A DNA stretch of 63,218 nt, the filler included, from Intoshia linei (taxonomy: Eukaryota > Animalia > Orthonectida), in the NCBI GenBank assembly GCA_001642005.1. It is 6 parts of 6 records of this genome, joined end to end, with 100 filler letters (N's around TTAATTAATTAA, not from the genome) between each part and the next. Parts side by side here need not be neighbours in the genome. Positions count along the whole stretch, not along the records: positions 1 to 23,560 come from LWCA01000559.1; 5 more parts are not named here. One strand, written 5' to 3'. A model generated the notes under the pieces. The model was given only the letters and a program-made list of their open reading frames with translations. It was not told the DNA's origin and did no database searches. Position numbers and translations under genes: made by a program. Shown in pieces: positions 1 to 13,411 of this stretch; position 1 is the stretch's first letter, and every line of letters begins with the position of its first letter.

Positions 1-360
1 TTAATTGTTATGGAAATAATTATTACTATGAAATTTACTATACAAAATAAATTAGATTTTGCTCATTATTCATATCTTGAAGTGCTTTGCTTCAGGGTTT
101 TTTTTAATCCTTTTTATATTATTTTTTGATAATTGTGTATCATTCAACCCCATCTTCCACGTATGACATGGCACTTTTGTATTTTCGTAAAAAAAGTGAA
201 AAAATTCACACCCCTAATGTTTACATTATAATATACACATTATATATATTATATATATTATACACACAATAACAAAACTAGTTATTTTTTTGGTATTAAT
301 CAACAACTGAATTATTTCAATTTAAAATTAAATAAATATTAATGTAATATTTAGAAACAT

Positions 361-3300
361 ATGCACCAAAAAATGCCAATATGGGATTTGTTGAGAGTAA
401 AATTATTTGATTTTTTATTTTGATATATTTATTGTAAAACTGGTAAAAGTTGGATTCATTATGTGCACTACTCAAATGTTAATTAGAATTTCTGTTTTTG
501 TTGTATAAACCATACATTTTTAAAATGTTTATATTTAAATTTGCATATCGACGTATTTCATAGACGTGAAAATGAAATGTTATATATTTGAATTATCACA
601 TTTCCAAAAATTTTACAAGTCTTTGTAAGAAGCTAATAATTTGTATGATAATGATATTTTTAACCTTAACCCTTTCACTGTCTGTGTATTCTATACTATA
701 AACAGCAATTTCACTTCACACGTCTGTGTATTCTATGATATACACAGCATAATTTGAAAAACTTTAATTTTTTTATTTTCATACATTTTCACATAGATAA
801 TTTAAAAATAATACATGTTTAAATTAAAACATAAATTTTAGACGTGTGGTGATGCATCATAAAATAGTATTAGACAGTGAAAGGGTTAAAAACTATTTTT
901 CAACTTTAAAGATATAACGCACTAAAATTTTATTTAAATTGTTGATAACATTATTTAGGAATGTTTGATTCCTTAAATTATAAAAAAACATCCGTAAAAG
1001 TCACATTATTAAATTGGACTAAATCTCCTTCTCAATTGTCGCGAAAATTTGCAATATCAGCAATAAGCCGATACAAACATTGGACAGGTATTTTATATGT
1101 GATTTATAAAGTTTACCAAAAATTTATAAATTAGATGCTGATTTCCACACTATTTCTCATTCTATTGATTTTGGTACAGAGGTAGCCTTATCTCGCTGTC
1201 CAAATATAAATAATAAATTGTTTCTGAACGTTAAAACTTCACTAAACAAAAATTTCAATTCTTTAAATTGCTTGGTACTACACCTTACAAACGTTTTACT
1301 AAAATTTCAAGAATGTGGTTGCAAATTGAACGAAAATGATATTTATCATTTTCAAAATATTATTAAACAGTATGGTGAACTTGATCAGAATTCTCATGAA
1401 CTTTTTTCAAAGCAAAATAAAGGATATTCAGATATCATTTACAAGAAATTTGAATACTTGAACAAACTGTATAGTTCGGTATGTTTAATGGACATTTTCC
1501 ATTTTTAACATTTATTTTTAATAGTACAAAACAAATGAGGATAAAACTGTCAATATTGTTGAAATTTTAGAATGGATCGAAACTGTTTGCCAGGAAGAGT
1601 CCAAGGCATCATCTTTATTGAATACAGAGTTTATTAAAGATTTATTGGCAATTTCTTCTATTTACGAAGATGGTAAATTTGAAACGAAAGATAAAGTCAT
1701 TGGACTCATATCTACCATTATAGCAAACTTGTCGTCTTATAGAAACTCTTATAGTGTTTTTGAAAATTGTAGAGGTATATTATATATTTAGCAGAGCCGT
1801 ATTAAGCCACTTCGTGGATTTGGGTTAAAGCAAAGGGTCGGAGGCTTTTTAAAGTTTTATTAAATTATTAGTTATATTACATATTTAGTTAAATTATTTC
1901 AAGCGAAGCAATAAATAAATTATGATCTTTTTTTATAAGACAGGGCATACTGTTAATAAAAATATAAATAAATATTAATTGCTAAAGATATTATGTAGGT
2001 TTCTAGTAACTTTTATGTCTTTTTTAAAAACTTAATTAATTGATGAACAAAGTTTACTTTTTTATTTGAAAATATGCACCATGTAGTCATAAAAAGATAT
2101 GATATTATCAAAACTGATATCATTCTAAATTGACATTAAGGAGGAGAGTGCATTCAAACAAGGTTGAGCTAAGCAATTTCGAAGTTCATTCTTAACTATT
2201 TTTAGTTTAGAAAAAGTTCTTTCACCTTTGCAATTTAGAACCATCATTGAAAGAAACATTCTCATGCAGATTTCAATATTAGGAAATATTATTCCAATTT
2301 ATCACCTTTTACAACTTTATACATATCAAAAATGTTATTGCTTGTTTTTTCCCAATCAAAATAATGTTTAAATTGTTGACATTCTATTACTAAATTATTT
2401 TTTTCCAAATCTTTGCTATAAGCTGCTGTAAGATTATCACATTAAATTGAATAGTTACCAGAACTTTGATTCTTTAAACTATTTTCTTTCTAGCTCTTTG
2501 AATTCCCACACTTCAAAATTTATAAACTGTTTTTTAAGATATAAATTTAAAGTATTTTTTAATAAATTGTGGCCCCTTTTTAGATATAAATGTAAAATAC
2601 TTTTATTAATTTGGGATTTTTTTTATTGCCCATATATAACCCATGTCTTAAAACGGCTCTGCATTTTAGGTTATTTTTAAATTTATTTTAAATTTAAAGA
2701 TTTAATGACGAAACTAAGAAAATGGCAAAGAAATGACTGTATACAAATTTCTATGAATGCAAAAAAAACTATCATCAATCTAGACAATTTAGAGTGTTGT
2801 GTGTATCCACCAAAGATTGTTTTATTTTATCCTTACCACCATTTGTAATATTTGAAATATTGTATATAATTGTGCTTAGCGATTATGACTTTGATATTAT
2901 ATTTGTCCATGGGATCAATGGAAATCCGTATAAAACCTGGAGATGTACATTAGATGGAAATAAATTAGTATCTAACGGTAATAAAAGATGGACTTCTAAT
3001 TGGCCATTGGTTTTTCGGTGTGGATTGTACATTTATGTTGGTTATTTAGGATTTACTAACGAAAGATATCCCAAACTGTCGAATTATTTCCTTTAGAATG
3101 GACAACCCGTTAATGCCGAGAAATGATTATACGGATAAGGAAGAAAAGTTTAAATGCATCTTTTTTAAATTATTCATTTTTAGAACTTTTATTGGTAAAA
3201 GTAAGTTAATTTTACCTGAATTAAAAAAAATTGGAATTGGAAAAAAACCAATTATTTGGATTGGACATTCTTTGGGTGGTATTTGATGATATATGTAGAC

Positions 3301-5946
3301 TATACTTTTACATAGGTATTCAAATAAAACACATTTTACTTATGGCTAGTAATGATGAAAGGTATTCTGATATATTTTATAACACTAAAGGTATTGCTTT
3401 TTGTGCTACGCCTCATAATGGTTCATCGTGGGCAAAAACTGGACGTGCTTTACGTGTACCATGCAGTGATGAGATTGTTCAACTGTCTGATAGTACTATG
3501 CACATATTTTTTTAAATTATTGATATTTTTAGGTGAAAAATTGGGTAAATTACAGTCAGATTTCATGACTCTAGTAAATGATCGTAAGAATATAAAATTG
3601 CTCAATATGATGGAAAACAAAAAAACCAAACACTTTATGAATATGATCAATTTCTTGGTTGTACCTCCGAAAGAATCAGGTTTAAATGTTTAAATATATT
3701 ATAATTGTATTACATTACGTATTGTACATTATGTTGAACCAAAATCCCGTTAAAGTCGGAGACGTTGCTTGGCCTTATACTAATTTTTTCTTTGAAACAT
3801 ATTTGTTTTTTGTTTGTTAACGGGTAGAAAGGGTCTCAGGATTAGAGACGAAAATAAAATTCTACCCGGAAATCAAAATAGCCTTCTTAAAAATTTACAA
3901 ACCATGCAAAATCCCATATAATCTTAGCACCTCTCCATAGGCTGAACTGAATAGATTTAATGTGACATAAAATAGTTGTGATATTAAAAAATTAAAGATT
4001 TTTTAAATGCTCAATTTGGTAATTATAATAATAGAATTTACCAACATTGCAAAGCATTGTATGTTGTATGTAATTATAAATTATACTTTTATATCAAACG
4101 TGAATTTTACATGATGAAGCTTTACACGATTTATTAAAATATACAAATATCTTTAATTTATCACCACAAACGAAGCGGGAATTTAAATTTTTGTAATAAA
4201 AAATTAATAAAAACACAAAAATAAACTTAAATTTAACTATTTTTGTTAATTACATAATTGAGCAACGCACATTCGATAATGGGCCATTTTCAAATATAGT
4301 CATCGGATTGTCATTTTTTTTAATTTACATCTAATCTATCTGGTATGTTTTCGAATTATTTAAAAAAATTTAAATTTGACACCGTAATTAAAGTCATTGA
4401 CTCCTCAAAGCACTATGCATGCAATGTACCTTAGGGTGTCACATTTTTTCGAAAATTTTAGAATTAATTGGGCCATTAGCACCAAAAGTGTGTATTTTTA
4501 AACTAGAAAAACTAATTCGCAATCAAAAACATTTAACGCTATAATTTAGCAGATATGACTATTTATAACATAGTAATTTTATATCACATTTTGATGGGAA
4601 ATTTGAATATTATATTTGTTTCGAAATTATTGTGAGGGTTCCCAATACAATTTTAATTACCATATTTCAAGAGCTTCGTTATGTAATATTTTTATAATTT
4701 TTTCGTAATTCTATCTTATTTAAACAAACTATCCTCTATTTTATATTATAATAAAAATAGAACCCTTTCGAAAATTGAGGCCACTAAATTCTGGGTCAAC
4801 CGTTTAAATTTATCATAAAATCTTAAAAGATATAACTATTTTAATAAACCCTTTGTAAAGAAGTTTCGTTGTACCAATTTATAGAAAAATATTTTGTTGT
4901 ACCCAAACTCAAAGAAAAATTATGTGTCCAATCGCACATAAAAACGTCCATGACCATTGGTCATGTATGAATGCTTAATTTTAATAAGTTATGGCATTTA
5001 TTGTATTGGTTTATATTATTCAAATAAATATCTTTAACATTTGTTACGATAGTTAAAATATTTGTTAAAATAGGGAATAGTTTGTTTAAATAAGATGGAA
5101 TTACGAAAAAAATATTATAATAACGAAACACTTGAAATATGTAATTTAAAATGATATTGGGCAACCCTTACAATAATTTGGTAACAGATATAATATTCAA
5201 ATTTTTCTTCAAAGTGTGGTTTGAAATTACTCTTATAAATGGTCATATCTGCTAAATTATATGCAATTCATATTATGCATTGAATAAAATTTAAATAATA
5301 TAAATACCCAGAATTCGATAAATCAAATCGTTAATAAAATCCAAAAAATTGAGCTAGAAACAAATTTAAAAAATAAACTGTATAACTAAACGTGGAAAAC
5401 AATATTATAAAGTCGGTACCACGTTTAAAAGCCCAAACGCAATTTCCGTTAAAATACAGTTCAGTTTTAATTTCTCCATAATTTATTTAATATATTTAAA
5501 ATGACAAACGCAACTCGAATAGATAGCGTTATGTTTTTGATTGCGAATTAGTTTTTCTATTATAAAAATATACACTTTTAGTGCTAATTGCCCTTGATTC
5601 TTTGATGTGTGTGAAACCCTAATGTACTTGTTTTAAAAGTTTTTTTTCAGTGTGTCACTAAAGCAGTTACAAACGTTTTAGTTTAACTTAAAGTGGTAAT
5701 TGCACAAGGCCGCATCTGACCCGTAATTGGACCAGTCTGATTTATCTGCATTCAAATCATTTAGTTGTATTAACATATTTTAATTTAGATATCGGCGTAA
5801 GTAATGTAATTATCGACAGTGATCATAATAATATTGTAAAACCAAGAGATGTTAATAGTAAAAGTTATAAAGAAATTTTAAATTTTATTAACGAATCCAT
5901 CCATCAAAATAAATTATACGAATTAATCGAAACCTTTGATAATTGA
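361..5946 (+). CDS. SERAC1: SERAC1 (serine active site-containing protein 1; phosphatidylglycerol remodelling, lipase-like), multi-exon; start codon tentative
   Basis: Spliced exons from 959 give 'AISRYKHWTDADFHTISHSIDFGTEVALSRCP' and the hydrolase domain 'DIIFVHGINGNPYKTWR...WPLDLLTKDIPNCRII...KPIIWIGHSLGG...KGIAFCATPHNGS...VVPPKESDIGV...DSDHNNIVKP' (GxSxG nucleophile motif and catalytic His). The last exon ends with TGA at 5944-5946. Exons upstream of 959 are less certain. Confidence 0.88.
670..885. mobile_element. piggyBac-type MITE (216 bp) in the SERAC1 5' region
   Basis: TIR CCCTTTCACTGTCT ... AGACAGTGAAAGGG, flanked by TTAA on both sides (666-669, 886-889). The same left end recurs at 16626-16640. 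Confidence 0.9.
1792..2661 (-). mobile_element. Internally deleted hAT transposon in a SERAC1 intron
   Basis: TIR CAGAGCCGTATTAAG / CTTAAAACGGCTCTG. Minus-strand remnant of the hAT C-terminal dimerisation domain 'NCKGERTFSKLKIVKNELRN'. TSD degenerate (atatttag/cattttag). Confidence 0.85.
4432..5621. mobile_element. Non-autonomous hAT (hATm-like TAGGG termini) with ~110-bp imperfect TIRs, in the last SERAC1 intron
   Basis: Ends TAGGGTGTCACA ... TGTGAAACCCTA; internal TIR match AGAAAAACTAATTCGCAATCAAAAACAT; 8-bp TSD atgtacct/atgtactt. A right end of the same family lies at about 33520-33575. Confidence 0.85.
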
Positions 5947-6629
5947 TTTTATATATATATTTATAAAAATTGTATTATACATTAAATTGATTTTTTAAAT
6001 GTTCTGTTTTTTTTTCGTCATAGGTAATTATTAATTAAGATATTAAAGAAAATTCAAAATCGAATAGCACTGAATTACATTTTACAGTGAACTACTTCCT
6101 TTCGCTAGTCTTTAAAATTCTAGACGAATAATGGATATAGTTTATTTATACATATATTTATATAGTTGGACCTATTTTATTGAGAACTTGAAAATTTTTT
6201 TGGTATATATCACTAGAAATACATTTACCTATCGTTTAATACTGAAATCGGTAATTTAGCTATATTTTGACAGTTTTTTAGTGTGTCAATTCTCTACTTC
6301 TCCATATGTTTACATTTTTTCTATACAACTGTAATACAATAAATATAATGCTATTGTTAGCAAAGTTTATTTTTTTAAGTTTTTTTTAAAATGTTTATAT
6401 TATGATCAGGGGAACCTTATTTCTAAGATATGAAAGCACTTTTCGATTTATTTTCAAAAATGATTGGCGAATAATCTAGTATTTGCATGAAAATAGTAAG
6501 AATTAATGTGCTCTCAACATTTTTAAGGCTATAACTCAAAAAAAATTTGCCTAAAATTCCATGGTCCACCTTAAAAAAACCTTAAAATATCTACTTTTAT
6601 TAACAGTAAAATGCTTTATTTAAATTTAT

Positions 6630-7146
6630 ACTAGTTAGTGACTGCCTTGGTGTTGGTGTTTGTTGCACAATGAATTGTAATCAATTTCTATTAGTTTATT
6701 CAATCTTCATCGCATTATTCCTCGCATTATTCCTCGGTTGTTCACATCCAATTCTGACCTCTTCTTACTAAAAATATCGACCAGTGCGGAAAATCCAGCT
6801 TGTACAAGCCATGTTGTAGGAAAAGCAATAATGCTTGGTTGAACATAATCAAACACTATTGGATTTGATTCTTGAATTCCCATAAATCCAAATACACCTT
6901 CCTTTTCTATTCGTCTTACTAATTTCAAATCTTCTTTTAAGTCCCAGAGTTTTTTAGTTATTCAGGACTGATTTCATCATCTGTTCAAAGTTTTGAAGAT
7001 CTGTAAACCATAATTCAAAATTTATATTTCAGATTCATTATGCATTTATAGATTTTGTTTTGGTTAGAAATTTTATGGTTTATTTTATACACTAATTTTT
7101 TTTTTTAATGTTGAAAATTTTCTGTGGCCCACGTTGAGAACCCCTG
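6630..7146 (-). mobile_element. Decayed hAT (Charlie/Buster-like) transposase 3' fragment
   Basis: 'IIAFPTTWLVQAGFSALVDIFSKKRSELDV' followed by a frameshifted '...NKHQHQGSH*'; terminal GTTGAGAACCCCTG at 7133-7146. The other end is unclear. Confidence 0.7.
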
Positions 7147-7469
7147 CTCTAAACTGACCATAATTATAGTTGGTAATTTAACGGTATGCTTATGAAATTT
7201 ATCTTTAAATAAAACCTAAAATAATAAATTCATTTTATGATTGACATCCTTGTGAAGCACTGTTCTTATATAGATTGAAAAAAATGGTTATGATTTGTTT
7301 ATTTGTATAAAAGCAGTTTTAATTTTAGACTTTCGTGACAAATTTCTCAATATCTGCAGTATTATTTTATTGTTATTTTCTGTCTGTATTTTTATTTATG
7401 TTGCTATATAATACCTATATATCTATTATATATAAAACAGTAATATACTTGACTAACATATTAAAAGAA

Positions 7470-10400
7470 ATGACAGAATTAGATGGTGATTTTAAACAAC
7501 TTTTAAAGAGGTTTGAAGAGGTGAGTTTTAAATACATGTAAAAATACAATGTAAATTTATCTAGAAATCAACAAAAAAAGAAAAATTTAATATATACTTG
7601 TGGAATTTTGGTGATTATGAAAAAGTAAAGAAATCAGTGAAAAAAGAAAAATTTAATATACTAGAAGAACCGAGTCTGTTTGCTAAACATGATGAAAGAA
7701 TGACTAAAGTTGGGAAAATAGACATGTCTAAGATCAGATTGAAATCTTTTAAAATAAGTTCTTATGGGCAAAAACTGGATAAACTTGGTTTAGATCCATT
7801 TACAACCAGTGATGAAACGTTTTCCGATACAAGTCAATTTGGTAAAGCTATAATGAGTAGAGCACATAAAGTTAAGTATCAAGGTCCTCGTGAATCTGAC
7901 GGTTCAGACATACTGCATGATAAATATCAGTTTCTAAATAAAAAGATCTATGATAGACCATCAATACTTCCGAATGACAAGGAAAATTTTGAAATTTACT
8001 GTAAAGATGATATACATCTAAACAATCTGATTCAATTATTAAACAAAGAAATATACGAAAATGGAGAATTTATAAATGAAAAATTTGATGAAGATGGACG
8101 AAATTTACTTAATATCAGTCTGGATTCATGCATCGAAAATAAGAAAAATCTGAAAACTGTAAGGTATTTATTATCAAAGTCACCCATCACGGTATTTAAA
8201 AATGTATTCAATATTACAGTTTCCGGAATAACATCTGAAAAAACATTATTGCATCAACTGGTTATAATGGGAAATTCAGAACTGGTCAACAGCTATTTTA
8301 AACGATGCGCTATGGATAATAAAATGGGTAAAATCAACGATAAATTTGTTGTATATGTTGCACCAGGGCAAAGAGAACGCGAAATGAATGCAATGCATTT
8401 AGCCGCGTTATTTGGGCATACCGAAATTGCTAAAATTCTTGTCAATAATGGATTCAATGTTGACGCCCTAAACGTTAAACAAGATACTCCATTGTTGTGG
8501 GCTGTTAGATTTAACAATATTGAAACGGTAAAATATATAATTAGTCATGATATTATAATTGATGCCGCCAACGATAAGGGTTCAACTGCTCTGCATTGGG
8601 CTGTAAGGTATGGGTATATTGATTGTGTTAAATTATTGATATCGAAGGGGGCAAAAGTGAATAAAAAACGTAAGACTGGAATTGCTTCGACTCTTTCCAT
8701 GTCGGCTTCGATGAATTACCCAGAAATTTTAGATGTATTATTGGCAGCCGGAGGTGATGTTAATACTCAAATTGCTGGAAATCTAACGCCTCTTCACATG
8801 GCTAGTACTTATGGAAATCAAGAATGTATTTCCATTTTATTGAAGTATAAAGTAGACGTGAACGCTATTGATGCAAGAGGAAATAATGCTCTTAATTTAG
8901 CTTTAGAAAACAATGAGTTGCAATGCGCAATTTTATTGCTAAAGAATGGAATAAATATTAATCGGGTGAATAAGAAGGGAGATTCTATTTGGGATACTGC
9001 ATTACACTCAAATACTCTTGATATATTGGAATTATTACACAAATGGTGGCGGTACAACATAAAAATTGGTGAAGTTAACTTTTCACAAATTAGTCCATTA
9101 ATGCTGGCTGCCAAATATAACTATCCTGAAAAAGCTCAATATGTATTAAATTGGGATATCATCGAATATGTAGGGAAAATGGATAAATTTGGTAATACAT
9201 GGTTGCATATTGCAACGGAAAAGGGCTACATAAATTTTTTGGAGAAATTTTCAATCCATATTAAAAACATTAAGCCAAATTTCGAGAGGAATACGTTACT
9301 GCATGTTGCATGTGAACATGGCCACAGTGAAATTGTGAAAATTTTAATAAAGAACGATAATAAAAATAATAAAGAACAAAATGTATTATTCGAAATGCCT
9401 ATGCATGTTATAGCACGTTCTAAAGTAGACCCATTATCAAAATACACATGCATGGAGCTGGTATTGAATTCGATAGTCAAAACCGATTCATGGAATACCG
9501 TCCACGGTGTAAATGGCCACGGAGACACAGTTCTTAATGTAACCATACAAGAAGGAGCATTCAATTTATTGGACCTGTTTACAGAAATTGACTATAAAAT
9601 AAAAAATCATAAAGGAAATGCTAGTATTCATTTAGCTACCCTATCGGACATGGCTACATTTCAGAAATATATAGATATTTTTGTTGTTACAAAATCAGAC
9701 AAGATAAATGTAAATTTGACCAACAGTGAAGGGAATAGCCCACTACATCTCATAGTAAAATATGGATTTACTGAAAAATTGGATTATTTATATGAAAAAT
9801 GTTCATCTTTAATTGACATTGGCACCACAAATAAATATGGAAAAAATGTCTTTCATATTCTCATCGATTCCTATGTAAAAAGCAAAGAAAATGAAATGAC
9901 TGAATATGGAAACGTGGAGAAAATTCGTTTAAAATATTTAATTAAAAATAAAACTAAAAACAGTGAAACAGTTAATGAAACTTCTCCCGATGTTTATTTG
10001 GTCATATTTTATAAACTAATAGATTATTGCATCAAATGGTTCCGTTACTATGATTCAAATCCTCACATAGAGGAATTGAACCTTTCAATAGCTAGAAATA
10101 TCTTTATGTATAAAACTAGAAATGATGGTGAAATATTTAAACACGAAAGAAGACAAACGATCAGTTCGAAACTATGGGGGTTCCCCAAAAATACTGTAGA
10201 TGTGGTCGTTCGATGTGAAGTTGTCAAGTTTCTTTTCGAAAATATATACGAGGATAACGGTTACAATGTGTTTCAATACGCTATATATCAAGGCTGCTTA
10301 ACAATAATGGAAGCGATAATGGGATTAGATACCATATATTGCATTAAACCTACAAGTAAAATGCAGAGCTCTAGAATTGACGAAAATTGTGATCAATTTC

Positions 10401-12914
10401 AAGTAATTTATAGATCCACGTATATAAAAAAGACGGCAGATATTTTGTATAACCCTAAAATGTTTAAAGCGATTCAGAGAGCAAGAGACAAATGCATAAT
10501 TTATGATATAAGCAACATGGCAAGTTCTACAGCTACCGGAAATTCAGTGTTATTTGATCATCCCAATTCCTGTAAAACTTATTTAAACATGATTGTCGAA
10601 ACCAAAGATATTCCTCTATGTTATAAAATGTTGCATGTAGCGCCACTACCCATAATTATTCACTCATATTGGATTAGATACAAATATGCATATTTTGCAT
10701 TAATGCTTATTCACATTATGTACATGTTAATTTTAAGTATTTTAGGAAAATCGGCTTACAATACTGTCCGAATTAATAAGCCAATTGTGAAGGAAAATTA
10801 TTTTAGTCCATTATACCTCATTACACTTTCAATTTGGCCGATACTATTATTTTGTTTTCAGTTTTATTTGGATTTTATACATAATGTCAATGGTAAAAGT
10901 GTGCTATATCCAAAACATAAACCAATCTTTCAATGGAAGCAAAGTTTCTACAAAATTTTTACTAGATATCAACTATTTGTCACTTTAATATTTTTGGTGT
11001 TATATATATCATGGCAAGTTACAATAATTCTAAAATTTTACATGTCAATATATTTATTACCTTTATTGTTGATACTTGGATGGCTTTATACTATATTTTT
11101 TACGCAAGGTTTAGAAAAGGTTTTTAAGGAAATGGATTAAAGTTTAATTTTTTTTAGGTTTATGCTTTGTCGTTAACGTTGAGAAATATATTTATTCATG
11201 ATATTTTGAGATTTTTTGTCATTTACATTATTATTATATGTGCTTTCACTTTTGGAATTCATAGCCTGTTTTTGTCGAGCAGAAAGTATAGTGATACATA
11301 TTCTGATCAATTAGAAACGACATTACTTGTTTTTAATATGATGATTGGAATGGAATACATTTTTGAAGATGTTTCAGCTAATCAAATGTACCCAAATAAT
11401 GGAAATTTGTATGTATACTTAAAATGTATATATGTTATCTACATTATTTTATCCAGTGTGGTACTGCTTAACTTGTAATTTTTTATATTTAGTATTATTT
11501 TCGCAGTAGATATTTTATTTTACTTTATTATACTGTATTTTTCTTTATTCATACTAATTAAGTAATAGTATTTTTAACTTTATGGTATGTTTTGGACTGA
11601 ATAAAATTAACAGGCTCCTACGCGGTTGTATTTTCTATATACATTTTGATAAATATATCGAAATCCAAAAAAAATAAATTTTAAAATTTATAGAAGATGT
11701 CAAAAAAATATTAACACAGCAAAATGTGTAGACGTTCAATGCACATTTTTTTTGAAATTGTAGGATCAATATTTACATTTTCATTTTAATCGAAATATTT
11801 GAAAAATATTGGTTGATAATATATTAAAAATTTATTTTTCACATGGAATTCGTAAATTTCTGGGGTTGAAAATGTGTATTTATATCAACTGGAATAAGCT
11901 CCATCAGAATAATCTTTTTTTTTTAATTTTCAAACAGTTAATTATTTTATGTTTTAATAAAATATTTCGAAAAAAAAATATGAATATTAAAATAATTTTT
12001 TGACCGTGAAGTCGTCACTTATTCAGATTAAAATTTTTTATGTGTGTTAACAGAATACAATTGTACCACCTGTAAATTTGTTTAAATTCTAGGGCTGCTT
12101 TCATTAAAAAAAAGAGTAATTCGAGGTTTTGGTCCTGAAGATATAATTTTTTTAAATTTTCGAACTCGTTTAATTTTCAAAAAAAAGGACAATTGGGGTT
12201 TTTGACACGTAAGATGTGAGTTTGGGAGGTTTAAATTTATTTTGCTAACACCCGTAAAAACTGTAATTGAAATGTAGATTTTATAAAATTTTAATACTGG
12301 TAGTTATTGAAATAAACGGTAACACACACATAAACAAATATTGCATAACATAAGTAAGGAAAATAGTTAATTTTGTTATTTTGCGTTATTCTACGAAATT
12401 TATGAAATTCATTTATAAGTTTTGGGTTAATTATGAGTTATTAAACATTCAATAAAATTCAAGATAAATGAGCTACAATCTGTACTTTAATTTAATTAAT
12501 TTTGTATTAAATTTAAGATTTAATTAACATAATAATAAAATAACTATATTTAGATTAATTGCAATGATGAACGACTCTTACTCAAAAGTCTGCAAAATTG
12601 AAAATCAGTCATGGTACGTTGATAGTTCAAGAATGGCATTATCTTTATCAAAAAATTTTCGATCTAGAGACCTTTACAGTTCAATATCTATTATATCCGA
12701 TAAAAATCCCATCAAACAAAATAAAATCAATGGTAGATGTTATATGGTGGTAGAAAAAGAACAAATAGAACAGGATGCTCAAAATACACAAAAAATGGAC
12801 GAAGAAAGCATTTTAGAACTCCAGAAAAATATTATTAATATTAATAACAATTTACAAACTTTTGTACGAGTTCATGATATCAATTTGGAATTGAATAAAA
12901 AAATTATAAAATAA
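7470..12914 (+). CDS. TRP cation channel with a TRPV-like transmembrane/pore domain and about 17-18 N-terminal ankyrin repeats; exons 7470-7520, 7565-11119, 11158-11474, 12554-12914
   Basis: Ankyrin motifs (TPLLWAV, STALHWAV, TPLHMAS, TLLHVAC, SPLHLIV and others), six hydrophobic segments, pore 'LVFNMMIGME', and S6 'VVLLNLLIAMMNDSY' joined across a GT-AG intron. Confidence 0.9.
11720..12360 (-). mobile_element. Non-autonomous Helitron fragment (5' part) in the TRP intron
   Basis: Near-identical in reverse complement to 16875-17570 (e.g. TGACCGTGAAGTCGTCACTTATTCAGATT); terminus reads TCCTTACTTATG on the minus strand. Confidence 0.75.
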
Positions 12915-13411
12915 TGACCTTAGATTGGAAACACCAGAATATTTTTAATACATGTATTATCAAAGTTATCTACCTTTTTTTTGTAGAAAATATATCAAGA
13001 TCACTCACGATATATTTTAAAATTATAATTGTGATTGTATATTTTATTTCAATGTTACTGTATATTAAACAATATAATTGGTATTTCAATCAAATTTATA
13101 TTAGTATAGAAATTCGAATGTACTTTTTATAATGCTGGGACGGTTTTAATTTATAAAAAAGAACAATTGGATTTTCGACCTATTATTATCTCACTTTCAC
13201 CTCAGAAACAACTGTGATAGAAATGTAGAATTTTTTAAATTCTAAGACTCTTTGTTATTGAAATAAAGGATAACAAAGAGTTTTATATAAGTTAGGAATC
13301 CTAACATAGTACATTGTACAATGTTACTTGTTTTACGGATTCAAAAACTTAATTTAAAAAATACAAAGTATCTAATAATATAATATTTAATAGACTTATT
13401 ATCCATTCAAA

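Noticed and set aside
3010-3531. Non-canonical splice sites, frameshifting or an alternative genetic code to explain the fragmented ORFs
   Set aside because: Every break examined is resolved by an ordinary short GT-AG intron with the standard code.
8293-9564. Minus-strand ORFs inside the TRP exon (likewise 14224-14445, 24154-24438, 39685-39882, 40403-40633)
   Set aside because: Antisense to well-supported genes, with no independent motifs.
7598-11140. Ankyrin ORF as a horizontally acquired bacterial or viral ankyrin or toxin
   Set aside because: It splices into a complete six-TM TRP channel with host-like composition.
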